IMG/VR virus record: IMGVR_UViG_2634166457_000018
Location: 1 to 14,807 of that record
Source: a virus
Lineage: Duplodnaviria; Heunggongvirae; Uroviricota; Caudoviricetes
DNA: 14,807 bases
Direction: 5' to 3' (one strand)
Shown here: positions 7,216-14,807 of the stretch, one piece after another
Layout of the letters: each line of letters opens with the position of its first letter
Position numbering within the stretch: the first letter of the stretch is position 1
Position numbers and translations under genes: made by a program
Notes under the pieces: generated by a model
Database searches by the model: none
What the model was told of the DNA's origin: nothing
The model's input: only the letters and a program-made list of their open reading frames with translations

Positions 7216-7488
7216 ATGAAAGGAAATGATTACGACGCACTTCGTGAGCTAATTGCACAAAATGCCATAGCGCGAAATCTAGGCGTTACGCCGCAAGCTG
7301 TGAACCAATGGTTTTCAAAAAGAACAATTCCTGCTCGTTTCGTCTTGCGTGTATGTGAAGTTGTGGAATGGAAAGTTACTCCTCATGGGTTAAGACCAGA
7401 TCTTTATCCCCATCCTGAAGATGCAATCCCTGATTTGTTACGTAGAAGTCACACAGCCACAAATGCGGCAGTTATGAAAAACGAATGA
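7216..7488 (+). CDS. cro: Cro-like HTH regulator (YdaS-type; 90 aa)
   Basis: First rightward gene of the immunity region; HTH ARNLGVTPQAVNQW and a downstream LRPDLYP motif, which I recall as typical of YdaS-like Cro proteins; SD GGTGGG upstream. Confidence 0.7.
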   Translation: MKGNDYDALRELIAQNAIARNLGVTPQAVNQWFSKRTIPARFVLRVCEVVEWKVTPHGLRPDLYPHPEDAIPDLLRRSHTATNAAVMKNE

Positions 7489-7500
7489 TGAAGGGCTTGT

Positions 7501-7794
7501 ATGTCCCAGAATTACGTTCAGACAGAGATGCCATCTAGGCACTGCCAGGCAGACGAAGAGTGGATTCAGCAGCAGTTACAGGGGCTGCCTCCGTCACTGA
7601 GACGGAAGGTCGCCCTGAAATATGCGGAGGTATACGAAATCACTTTTGACGCTGAGCCTGTTTCATTCCGCAAGGAGAACAGAGCAAGGCACGAAGCAAA
7701 CACAAGGCTCCGCTTGTTTGTGAGAAATCAGGGCAGAGCTTTACAGGGGTATACAACTCAGCCGCCCCTGGCAGGAACGCAATCGCGCTCCTGA
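7501..7794 (+). CDS. Hypothetical early protein in the cII position (97 aa)
   Basis: ORF 12 nt after cro-like gene with SD AAGGG; function not assignable from sequence. Confidence 0.5.
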   Translation: MSQNYVQTEMPSRHCQADEEWIQQQLQGLPPSLRRKVALKYAEVYEITFDAEPVSFRKENRARHEANTRLRLFVRNQGRALQGYTTQPPLAGTQSRS

Positions 7795-8043
7795 TTGGTA
7801 CCGGGCTTAAAGGTGTCCGGTGGCTGAATCCCAAATCTCATTGCATTTGTGTACTAGCTAAGGAGTACATGCAAAATTCAGTGAGAGGAGGGGAGGGGGA
7901 GGAGTGCTCGTGTGTTAGTGCGAAGCACTGGAACAGGCTTTTCCAACAGACGGGTACATAGGTTAGGTAGATCTCGATCTAAAGGGGGATACCCCTGAAA
8001 AAACGGCCGTACCATAAAGCTAGTACAAGATGGATAAAAAAGT

Positions 8044-8412
8044 ATGAGTGAAGACCTGAAGCAAAATTTAATCGCTCTCCTGGAAGAGCAATTCATTCGC
8101 TCCGATGACAAAGTCGTTTTCGATTATGTGATGCAGAAAAAAATCAAGTCTCAGGGATACCACCTGCAACGCAATTTCAGCATCAGCATTAGCGGTGGTC
8201 GTAAAGGGTTTATTGATTGCCTGGTTACATCATCAGACGGCCAGCAGTGTGCCATTGAGGTCGATAAGAAGTCTCCCCGCAACCGTTCGTTGATGAAGCT
8301 GGCTCAGCTACCTGAGGGGATGTCAGGCTTTGTCCTGCTCAGGGATGGTAAGCACCCTCTTCGATATAGCGAGAACGGAATTGACGTTATTCGTGCGACG
8401 AAATTTAAGTGA
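8044..8412 (+). CDS. Hypothetical protein (122 aa), possible small PD-(D/E)xK-type (VRR-NUC-like) nuclease
   Basis: Contains GFIDCLV ...(12 aa)... AIEVDKK, resembling the D ... E-x-K core of PD-(D/E)xK nucleases; sits directly upstream of an SF2 helicase, a context I recall for phage VRR-NUC proteins. Motif-level inference only. Confidence 0.5.
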   Translation: MSEDLKQNLIALLEEQFIRSDDKVVFDYVMQKKIKSQGYHLQRNFSISISGGRKGFIDCLVTSSDGQQCAIEVDKKSPRNRSLMKLAQLPEGMSGFVLLRDGKHPLRYSENGIDVIRATKFK

Positions 8413-8523
8413 GTTGATTCGGAAAGGGGCTGGCAGCCTTTGGGGAGACCACCAGCCATGTGAGGAGGAATCCATGAAAACCACATCACAAAATTATTAT
8501 CTCATCACTGCGGGGACAGCACA

Positions 8524-10182
8524 ATGCAGCTGACAATCACGCCGAATTTTGCACAGGAGCGAGCGCTAAACATGTTGCGCCGTGACTGGAAGGCAAACGA
8601 CACCTTCATGGTTTACTCGCCAACAGGTAGCGGTAAAACGGGTCTGGCAGCCTTCATAGTTGCTGGTTTTGTCAGCCGTGGTATGCGTGTTCTGTTCTGT
8701 GTTCCGTACACCATCCTGATTGGTCAGACGGCTAATCGGTTCGTGCAGTATGGTTTACCTGGAGATGAAATCGGTTATATCTGGGCGGATCACCCGAACT
8801 ACGATCCGGACCGGAAAATTCAGATTGCCAGCGCTGACACGCTTATTCGTCGTGTTTTTCCTGAAAATATCGATCTGCTGATTATCGACGAAGCGCACCT
8901 GCGTAAAAAACGCATCCTGAAGGATATCGAACGTCTGCGCGGCAAAGGCGTAAAGGTGATTGGCCTGTCGGGTACTCCGTTTTCTCCGTTCCTGGGCAAA
9001 TACTATGACCGACTGATTAAGCCGACCACCATCGGCGAGTTAATCCAGCGTGGCGATCTGAGTAAATACGAATTTTACGCGCCAACTAAGCCGGATCTGA
9101 AAGGTGTTAAAACCACATCTTCGCTTGAGTACGGCCGCGATTACAACGAAACACAGCTGGCTGAAATCATGTGCGGCTCTACGCTGGTGGGCGACATCGT
9201 ACAGAACTGGCTGGAGAATGGTCGGGATCTACCTACCATCGCTTTCTGCGTCAACGTAGCTCACGCCAATTATCTGACAATCCAGTTTAACCTGGCGGGT
9301 GTTAACGCTGAGGTAATGACCGCAGACACTCCGGTAGATGAGCGCCAGACCATCATTCACCGCTTTGAAACTGGTGCAACGAAAATCATCGTTAGTGTGG
9401 GCGTTCTGGTGGCCGGCTTTGATAGTGACGTTCGTTGCATCATCTACGCCAGGCCAACAAAAAGCGAAATTCGCTGGTTGCAGGCACTCGGGCGTGGGCT
9501 GCGCACCGCACCGGGTAAAGAGTCCTGCCTTATCTTCGATCACAGCGGCACCGTGCACCGTCTGGGTTATCCGGATTCAATCGAGTACGACGATCTTCCC
9601 GGTAAGTCTGACGGCATGGAGGAAAGCGCGCGCCGCGCAGTTGAGGAACGGGCCGAAAAACTGCCACATGAATGCCCTCAATGCCACTACATGAAGCCAG
9701 CTGGCGTCTATGTTTGCCCTAAATGTGGACACAAGCCGCTGCGAGGTGAAGATGTTGATACTGACACTAGCCGCAAACTTAATAAGCTGGGTAAAAATCA
9801 GCATCAGTCGACGAAGGCAGAGAAACAGTCCTGGTGGAGTCAGATCAAATTTTATCAGCGCCAGCGTGCTTCGCTGGGGCGTCCAGTCAGTGATGGATGG
9901 TGTACTCACACTTTCAGGGAGAAATTCGGTGAATGGCCTGATGGGTTGAGCAGTTTCCCGATGGAAATAAGCCCAGAGGTAAGTAACTACATCAAACACA
10001 AGCTGATTCGGTTTGCCAAAGGCCGTCAGCGGACGCAGAGAACTATAGAAAAATTGCAGGCAACGATTCCTCTGTCTCAGGAACGAGGTGAGCGAAGCGA
10101 GATGCCAATAGGCACTGAGGCTTGGCGCATCATGCAAGCAAAGCAACAACTCCAGAAAAATATAAACAGTTTGAGTCAGTAA
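8524..10182 (+). CDS. Superfamily-2 (DEAD/DEAH-type) helicase with C-terminal Cys4 zinc ribbon (552 aa), phage replication helicase
   Basis: Walker A SPTGSGKTG, DEAH box LLIIDEAH, motif III GLSGTP, motif VI LQALGRGLR; C-terminal CPQC...CPKC. Confidence 0.85.
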   Translation: MQLTITPNFAQERALNMLRRDWKANDTFMVYSPTGSGKTGLAAFIVAGFVSRGMRVLFCVPYTILIGQTANRFVQYGLPGDEIGYIWADHPNYDPDRKIQIASADTLIRRVFPENIDLLIIDEAHLRKKRILKDIERLRGKGVKVIGLSGTPFSPFLGKYYDRLIKPTTIGELIQRGDLSKYEFYAPTKPDLKGVKTTSSLEYGRDYNETQLAEIMCGSTLVGDIVQNWLENGRDLPTIAFCVNVAHANYLTIQFNLAGVNAEVMTADTPVDERQTIIHRFETGATKIIVSVGVLVAGFDSDVRCIIYARPTKSEIRWLQALGRGLRTAPGKESCLIFDHSGTVHRLGYPDSIEYDDLPGKSDGMEESARRAVEERAEKLPHECPQCHYMKPAGVYVCPKCGHKPLRGEDVDTDTSRKLNKLGKNQHQSTKAEKQSWWSQIKFYQRQRASLGRPVSDGWCTHTFREKFGEWPDGLSSFPMEISPEVSNYIKHKLIRFAKGRQRTQRTIEKLQATIPLSQERGERSEMPIGTEAWRIMQAKQQLQKNINSLSQ

Positions 10183-10183
10183 G

Positions 10184-11152
10184 ATGAAAACAGCAGCTGC
10201 AGCGAAAGGCCGCTGGCCTGAAATATTAGAGCACTTCGGCTTGCCGCCGATAACAGGAAAAAATCACTTCAAGGGTGAATGCCCGGTATGCGGTGCACGT
10301 GGCAAGTTCCGAATTGATGACCGCGACGGTGCAGGAACGTGGATCTGTGTATGTGGTAGTGGCGATGGTATGAAACTTGTCACCCTGACACAGGCGAAGC
10401 CATTTAACGAGATTTGTACCGAAATAGACCGCCTGATCGGTAATGATTACCAACGGGTTAAAATCCCGGTAACCAGCAGCGCCACCAGCTTACGCAAACG
10501 GGTATTGAGCAAGTTTTCAAAACTGGAGGCACTGCGTGGTACATCCGGCGCAGCGTATCTTAATTCTCGTGGAATATTCAGTCTTCCTGCTGAGGCGATC
10601 CGGTTCAATGCCAGGCAGAGACACAACGGGAGTGTGTTCCAGTCTCTTTATTCACTTGCTACGGACGATAAAGGGGAGTTGTGCTATCTGCACCAGACTC
10701 TGCTTGATGGTGATAAAAAAGCAGATATCGGTAGCAGTGCAAAGCGCCTCAAATCCCTGCAGGAAGATAACTATTTGGATCACGCTCGTTCTGTAGCTAT
10801 CCGCATGTTTCCTGTTGCCAGCACTCTGGGTATCGCCGAAGGCATCGAAACAGCGCTGTCAGCGCACCAGATTTATAACGTGAACACCTGGGCAACCATT
10901 AACAGCGGCTTTATGAAAAAGTTCCGCGTACCAGCTGGTGTTCTGCACCTGATTATTTTTGCCGACCGTGACGAGAACAGCGCCACCGGGCTGGCTGCGG
11001 CTTGCGAATGTGCTCATGCCAATCTGATGGCAAAGAATGACCTGCAGCGCGTGAGCGTGTACTGGCCGGATCACGATGATTTCAACAATATGCTCATGAA
11101 CGGTGATCAGGTTCGAGAGCTGGTTTTCCATAAGAAAAAGGCGGTTGCGTAA
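10184..11152 (+). CDS. DNA primase-like protein: N-terminal zinc-ribbon plus Toprim domain (322 aa)
   Basis: N-terminal CPVCGARGKFRIDDRDGAGTWICVCG (primase-type zinc ribbon); Toprim-like acidic motifs IAEGIETALS and LIIFADRDEN; start 1 nt after helicase stop. Confidence 0.75.
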   Translation: MKTAAAAKGRWPEILEHFGLPPITGKNHFKGECPVCGARGKFRIDDRDGAGTWICVCGSGDGMKLVTLTQAKPFNEICTEIDRLIGNDYQRVKIPVTSSATSLRKRVLSKFSKLEALRGTSGAAYLNSRGIFSLPAEAIRFNARQRHNGSVFQSLYSLATDDKGELCYLHQTLLDGDKKADIGSSAKRLKSLQEDNYLDHARSVAIRMFPVASTLGIAEGIETALSAHQIYNVNTWATINSGFMKKFRVPAGVLHLIIFADRDENSATGLAAACECAHANLMAKNDLQRVSVYWPDHDDFNNMLMNGDQVRELVFHKKKAVA

Positions 11153-12009
11153 TGCGTACTGATAACAACGAACATAAAGCACTATTCACCATCCCGACGG
11201 CAGCGTACAGCTCCGCCATCGCAAACATCAAGCCCCTGCCAGAGCAACGGAGAATCACCGGGCATAAGCAGACTGATGCTTATCTTTGGGTGCTGGAGGT
11301 TATCCGTCTGAACGAACCCGCACATCTGGATGCTGCTGAGGCTGCGCTGGTGAAAATTAAAATTTCCCCAAAAGAGGCTCAGGAACGCTATTCGCGTTAT
11401 CTGCTGGCGAATGGTGGTGATCCTTTCCAGATTGCTTTCGGTACCATCGGCATGGATAACCCGGCACAGGCAATCAGGATCGCCCGGGAGAATATCAAAA
11501 AAGCAGCATCAGTCAGGGCTACGTTTGGTAGCTATGAAGCAGCACTCGAAGATGTGGAAGCCGAGCGAGTGATCAAGTCTTCCCAGAAATTTATCGACGA
11601 TCATCTCTGGGGCTGGACTGCAGCCGAGAAGAAAGCGGGCAGAATTGATGGCATCCGTATGAATGAAATTGATGATCAGCGTCGTGCATATGTTGATGGC
11701 TATCGTGATGTACTGCCAGAGCCTCATACATTGTCAGACGTAGTTCGTGAGTTTGTTTACTGGGACTGGCTCTACAGTGTTCGCCACACTGCGACTAAAG
11801 AACAGGGCGATGAGTATGGTTACTCTGAGCATCACGAATCGGTATATGACCGCGAGCGCTACCTTGAAAAATTGCTGATGACCATCAAACCGGTGACACG
11901 GGCTGAAGCCGTGGAGGTGTGTCGTTGGTTTTTGGCAAGCGGAAAGGGCGAATATATGAAAGACAATGGCGAGGCGGTTATTCTTAATCTGGTTGGGGAG
12001 TGTGAATAA
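11152..12009 (+). CDS. Hypothetical protein (285 aa), translationally coupled to the primase
   Basis: Start overlaps the primase stop (TAATG); no recognisable motif. Confidence 0.65.
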   Translation: MRTDNNEHKALFTIPTAAYSSAIANIKPLPEQRRITGHKQTDAYLWVLEVIRLNEPAHLDAAEAALVKIKISPKEAQERYSRYLLANGGDPFQIAFGTIGMDNPAQAIRIARENIKKAASVRATFGSYEAALEDVEAERVIKSSQKFIDDHLWGWTAAEKKAGRIDGIRMNEIDDQRRAYVDGYRDVLPEPHTLSDVVREFVYWDWLYSVRHTATKEQGDEYGYSEHHESVYDRERYLEKLLMTIKPVTRAEAVEVCRWFLASGKGEYMKDNGEAVILNLVGECE

Positions 12010-12824
12010 TGAAGCTTGAGGCATCGCTAAAATACTTCAGTCCTCAGGGAATGTATATCGGCGACGATGTGAAAGGAACCTCTCCGGAACGTCTTACAGG
12101 CACCGATGTTATGGCGGCTATTGGTACCACCAGCAGCCGAGCGCGATTTGGTCTGGCGGCTTTCTTTGGGAAGGCCGGTATCAGCAAGACTGATGAGCAG
12201 ATGGCAGTCCAGGCGCTTGCGCGTCACGCGATGGAAATTGCACCGAAGAATGTGCGTAAAGCAGCTGGTGGTGAATTTGGGTGGTGTATGCTGGTACTGG
12301 CGCAGTTTGCCTTTGCTGAGTACTCTCGCTCAGCTGCTACCAGCAGCGTCTGCACTATATGCAAAGGAACCGGTAGAACCACACGGACTCAAATTACACG
12401 AAAGGTTTCTTTCCCGTGTGGACCGCCTCCGTACTGGGCCAGCCGTTCTCGCGCTGTTCGGCCATCAGATTGGGAGCATTGGACGGAGATAATGGAGAGT
12501 GTGCCTGCAGTCTGTGATGTCTGCGAAGGCAGGGGAGCAATAAGCGCACGTTGCCGTTGTGGTGGAAAAGGGAAAATTCTAGATCGTATTGCGACAAAAG
12601 AGCAAGGTATGCCAGTATTTAAAACCTGCGAGCGTTGTAGTGGAAAGGGATTCGTATCTATCAAATCAGCTAATGTTCATCGAGCTATTCAAATATACAT
12701 TCCCGATCTGCACCAGTCTTCATGGTCGCGCAATTGGAAACCATTCTATGAAAAATTGGTTGATATCCTGCATCAAGGTGAGCGGCATGCGGCTGGAGCA
12801 TTTGAGAAGGCAACGAGTTACTGA
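12009..12824 (+). CDS. Zinc-finger protein with DnaJ-like CxxCxGxG repeats (271 aa); candidate late-gene antiterminator (Q-position protein)
   Basis: Start overlaps upstream stop (TAATG); three CxxCxGxG motifs (CTICKGTG, CDVCEGRG, CERCSGKG) plus CRCGGKG; immediately followed by a promoter and intrinsic terminator resembling PR'/tR'. The Q assignment is positional. Confidence 0.6.
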   Translation: MKLEASLKYFSPQGMYIGDDVKGTSPERLTGTDVMAAIGTTSSRARFGLAAFFGKAGISKTDEQMAVQALARHAMEIAPKNVRKAAGGEFGWCMLVLAQFAFAEYSRSAATSSVCTICKGTGRTTRTQITRKVSFPCGPPPYWASRSRAVRPSDWEHWTEIMESVPAVCDVCEGRGAISARCRCGGKGKILDRIATKEQGMPVFKTCERCSGKGFVSIKSANVHRAIQIYIPDLHQSSWSRNWKPFYEKLVDILHQGERHAAGAFEKATSY

Positions 12825-12850
12825 TCTGAATAGATCTGGGGGAGAGATTT

Positions 12851-12893
12851 TTGAGCAACTGACTTGACTTTGCATAAAATTGTCTTGTACTAT
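12851..12893 (+). promoter_or_regulatory. Candidate late promoter (PR'-like) with a downstream -10-like element
   Basis: -35 TTGAGC (12851-12856), 18-nt spacer, -10 TAAAAT (12875-12880); alternative overlapping parse TTGACT (12864-12869) N18 TACTAT (12888-12893). The TACTAT could act as a sigma-dependent pause element as in lambda qut. Confidence 0.4.
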
Positions 12894-12934
12894 TTTGAGC
12901 ATGGGTTTTAGTGCCAAAATAAAAATTACCACAG

Positions 12935-12957
12935 AACCCGCCTTACAGCGGGTTTTT
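12935..12957 (+). terminator. Rho-independent terminator (tR'-like), also at the 3' end of the convergent 314-aa gene
   Basis: 7-bp stem AACCCGC/GCGGGTT with 6-nt loop CTTACA followed by a T5 run; lies 40-70 nt downstream of the candidate late promoter. Confidence 0.7.
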
Positions 12958-12959
12958 AA

Positions 12960-13904
12960 TTATGGTAAATTTTCCATAAATTTCTTAAATAGTAATTTGT
13001 CTTTGTTGCTTACAGATTTCTGGATGTTAAGTAATGCGCGTAAAGGTTTAAGATTTTCTCTTGTTGCAAAAAACCTCGATTTTTCTAAGCGTTCCTGAAC
13101 AAAAATAAAGCGCTCTCTTAATCTTGAAACCTTTATTCCAAATGACAACACCTCTCTTTCAGTTAATTCATCTGGGTTGCATTTGTTTAATTTTTCCAGA
13201 ACCATTTTTATATCTCTTTCATAAAGAAGAGCAATGTCATAATCATTCAGCAAGCATTCAGGGTATTGTATTACCCCAATAAGTTCGTTTACGGTTTTGT
13301 TCTTATTGTTAACTTTCGGAGCTAAGTCGCTTGTTTGCTTTTGGGATATAATTTCGTCCAGTTCTAGCTCTTCTGTATTTTTTAATCTTGAGCGGAAAAC
13401 ACGCCCATCACCAGAAGCAGCCATCTTTTTCAATGTTTGATAAGCTGCACGCCCGATGATTTTAGGGTCTTTCATGTCAAGTATTCTATGAGCAACCTCA
13501 GTTAGTGATGGACGCCCAGATTCGATTTTGGCTTTGAGTTTGTAATAGCTAAAAATATCATCTTTTGCCTCTTTAAGTGCGGTAAGTAAGCGATGGAAAT
13601 CTGCTTTTCGGCAAAGTTCTATTGCTAAATTATCAAAGGCTATACCAAAAACATTAGTTCCACATACATGGCCGATATTCGTTTCAAATCCTTCTTTCGT
13701 AACTACCAGAAATCCCTTTTTATGCCCTTTGCGGCAATTTGATTTTCCACATGGAATTTCCTCTGGTAGGTCATCGTAGTAACCAAAAACGTCAGAGAGT
13801 TGCTGATCATTTAACTCTAATTTGGGATAGTAAGACTCTCTCGCCTGAATTTCTGCCCAGTCATTCACGCGAATAAAACTTTCGCCATTCTTGAGAAAAA
13901 TCAT
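12960..13904 (-). CDS. Hypothetical protein (314 aa) in an AT-rich island, antisense to late transcription (moron)
   Basis: Long minus-strand ORF with SD AAGGA 6 nt upstream of ATG; visibly AT-rich against GC-balanced neighbours; Lys/Glu-rich with N-terminal Cys/His cluster (CGKSNCRKGH...GHVCG). No family recognised. Confidence 0.75.
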   Translation of the reverse strand: MIFLKNGESFIRVNDWAEIQARESYYPKLELNDQQLSDVFGYYDDLPEEIPCGKSNCRKGHKKGFLVVTKEGFETNIGHVCGTNVFGIAFDNLAIELCRKADFHRLLTALKEAKDDIFSYYKLKAKIESGRPSLTEVAHRILDMKDPKIIGRAAYQTLKKMAASGDGRVFRSRLKNTEELELDEIISQKQTSDLAPKVNNKNKTVNELIGVIQYPECLLNDYDIALLYERDIKMVLEKLNKCNPDELTEREVLSFGIKVSRLRERFIFVQERLEKSRFFATRENLKPLRALLNIQKSVSNKDKLLFKKFMENLP

Positions 13905-14030
13905 ACTCGTCCTTACTGTGGTTAGATTTAAAGCATATCCATTTGATATTTAATCACTATTCTTTTTGTATTTCACCTAAAACCATTTTGTTTTCATGTT
14001 TAATGTGACTGATGTATCATCACTCCCCCA

Positions 14031-14102
14031 GCCATTTTAGCTAAATGATGAGAGCGAGTTATAATCGCCAGGTCGCTGGTTCAAGTCCAGCAAGGGCCAC
14101 CA
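14031..14102 (+). tRNA. tRNA-Ile-like element with degenerate 5' half (probable pseudo-tRNA or 3' tRNA fragment)
   Basis: The 3' part (about 14059-14102: ATAATCGCC AGGTCGCTGGTTCAAGTCCAGCAAGGGCCACCA) closely matches my recollection of the enterobacterial tRNA-Ile2 3' half, including T-arm and CCA. The upstream sequence cannot form a paired acceptor stem and the D-arm region is shortened; the inferred anticodon loop reads UAU. Confidence 0.5.
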
Positions 14103-14103
14103 A

Positions 14104-14180
14104 CCGTCACTAGCTCATCGGGATAGAGCATCAACCTTCTAAGTTGATGGTGCGGGGTTCGAGTCCTCGGTGACGGACCA
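14104..14180 (+). tRNA. tRNA-Arg (anticodon UCU)
   Basis: Manual cloverleaf: acceptor CCGTCAC/GTGACGG, D-stem GCTC/GAGC, anticodon stem TCAAC/GTTGA with loop CTTCTAA, T-arm CGGGG-TTCGAGT-CCTCG, discriminator A, encoded CCA; 77 nt. Begins with C1-G72, which is unusual. Confidence 0.75.
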
Positions 14181-14181
14181 T

Positions 14182-14256
<75 letters not shown>

Positions 14257-14539
14257 TGTGTTTTTTTTGTCTGCACAACAGGTAAGAGCATTCTCCCTTA
14301 TGGGGCCTGGCTTAAATGCATTGAGTGCTCTTTCCGTTGTGCTGAATTAAGCGAATGCCGGAAGCAGAACCGGATTACCAAATGCGCACGGGCGTCGTCG
14401 CCGCCCAGCAACAGCACAACCCCGACAGAGCCGTAGCCACTGGCTGTCATGAATTAATCAGTGACAGTTATGCTGCGGCCTTCTTTTTTCCCTTCCCGAT
14501 ATAAGAATTACGCCATCCGTTCCGTGCGGAGGTGAGGCT

Positions 14540-14626
14540 ATGAAATCCATGGATAAAATTTCAACGGGCATTGCCTACGGCACCTCCGCAGGCAGTGCTG
14601 GCTACTGGTTTTTACAGTGGCCATAG
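14540..14626 (+). CDS. Small Gly/Ala/Ser-rich peptide (28 aa, [28 protein letters not shown])
   Basis: ORF not in the supplied track; strong SD GGAGGTGAGG ending 5 nt before ATG; small-residue-rich segment could form a membrane helix. Confidence 0.35.
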   Translation: MKSMDKISTGIAYGTSAGSAGYWFLQWP

Positions 14627-14636
14627 GATAAATTCG

Positions 14637-14807
14637 ATGTCGATTAAACGTTATGATGTGGTCAGGGCAGCCTCGCCGTCAGATCTGGCGGAAAAACTGA
14701 CACACAAACTGAAAGAGGCCTGGCAGCCGTTTGGTAGTCTGGTGGACATAACTCCTTATACCCTGATGCAGGCGATTGCAGCAGAAGGTTATGTGGTGGT
14801 CAAGTAA
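14637..14807 (+). CDS. Hypothetical small protein (56 aa, MSIKRYDVVRAASPSDLAEKL...), first gene of the region after the tRNAs
   Basis: Track ORF 14571..14807 is likely over-extended; an internal ATG at 14637 has a plausible SD (AGGAT) and lies 10 nt after the stop of the preceding micro-ORF. The stop TAA is the last codon of the window. Confidence 0.5.
   Translation: MSIKRYDVVRAASPSDLAEKLTHKLKEAWQPFGSLVDITPYTLMQAIAAEGYVVVK

Noticed and set aside
7990-8006. Short hairpin AGGGG-GATA-CCCCT followed by an A6 run, considered as a terminator
   Set aside because: Stem is only 5 bp and there is no downstream T-run on either strand.
7640-8111. Minus-strand ORFs 7640..7834 and 7878..8111
   Set aside because: Antisense to the 97-aa and 122-aa plus-strand genes or running through the non-coding gap; odd composition and no RBS.
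9229-10149. ORFs 9229..9558 (-), 9338..9694 (+), 9577..10149 (-), 9710..9949 (+) inside the helicase gene
   Set aside because: All overlap a helicase ORF with intact SF2 motifs in order; alternate-frame artefacts.
10226-12664. Alternate-frame ORFs inside the primase, 285-aa and 271-aa genes (10226..10453, 10536..10796, 10859..11182, 11509..11727, 11734..12024, 12027..12227, 12106..12492, 12389..12664, 12394..12597)
   Set aside because: Overlap better-supported, translationally coupled plus-strand genes; no independent start signals.
12589-13098. ORFs 12589..12867 (+), 12720..12932 (-), 12880..13098 (+)
   Set aside because: They overlap the 3' end of the Q-like gene, the promoter/terminator module or the 314-aa gene in antisense; the terminator hairpin and promoter hexamers explain this stretch better.

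Overview
This window reads as one continuous segment of a lambdoid-type temperate prophage from an enterobacterial host, called from gene order and protein motifs read by eye; no database search or numeric computation was run. Left to right: a tyrosine integrase (minus strand, frameshifted in an A9/T9 homopolymer) and excisionase; a long, tightly packed minus-strand early-left operon of small accessory genes (1.3-6.2 kb), including an ORF6N/KilA-N-like putative antirepressor and several SD-preceded hydrophobic micro-ORFs; a CI-type repressor (HTH + S24 peptidase) divergent from a Cro-like gene, with TTGAT-type operator repeats on both sides of cI; a plus-strand replication module (SF2 helicase, zinc-ribbon/Toprim primase) translationally coupled to two further genes, the last a DnaJ-like zinc-finger protein in the Q position; a PR'-like promoter with a strong intrinsic terminator; an AT-rich island with a 314-aa antisense ORF; and a phage tRNA cluster (5'-degenerate tRNA-Ile-like fragment, tRNA-Arg UCU, tRNA-Gly UCC). 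The best candidates for something undescribed are (i) the three-gene cassette just downstream of cI (C-terminal-HTH protein plus two 63-aa acidic proteins, behind its own operator-bearing promoter), (ii) the 314-aa antisense moron between the late promoter/terminator and the tRNAs, and (iii) an AT-rich 119-aa/69-aa overlapping pair. None has a function I can assign from sequence alone.
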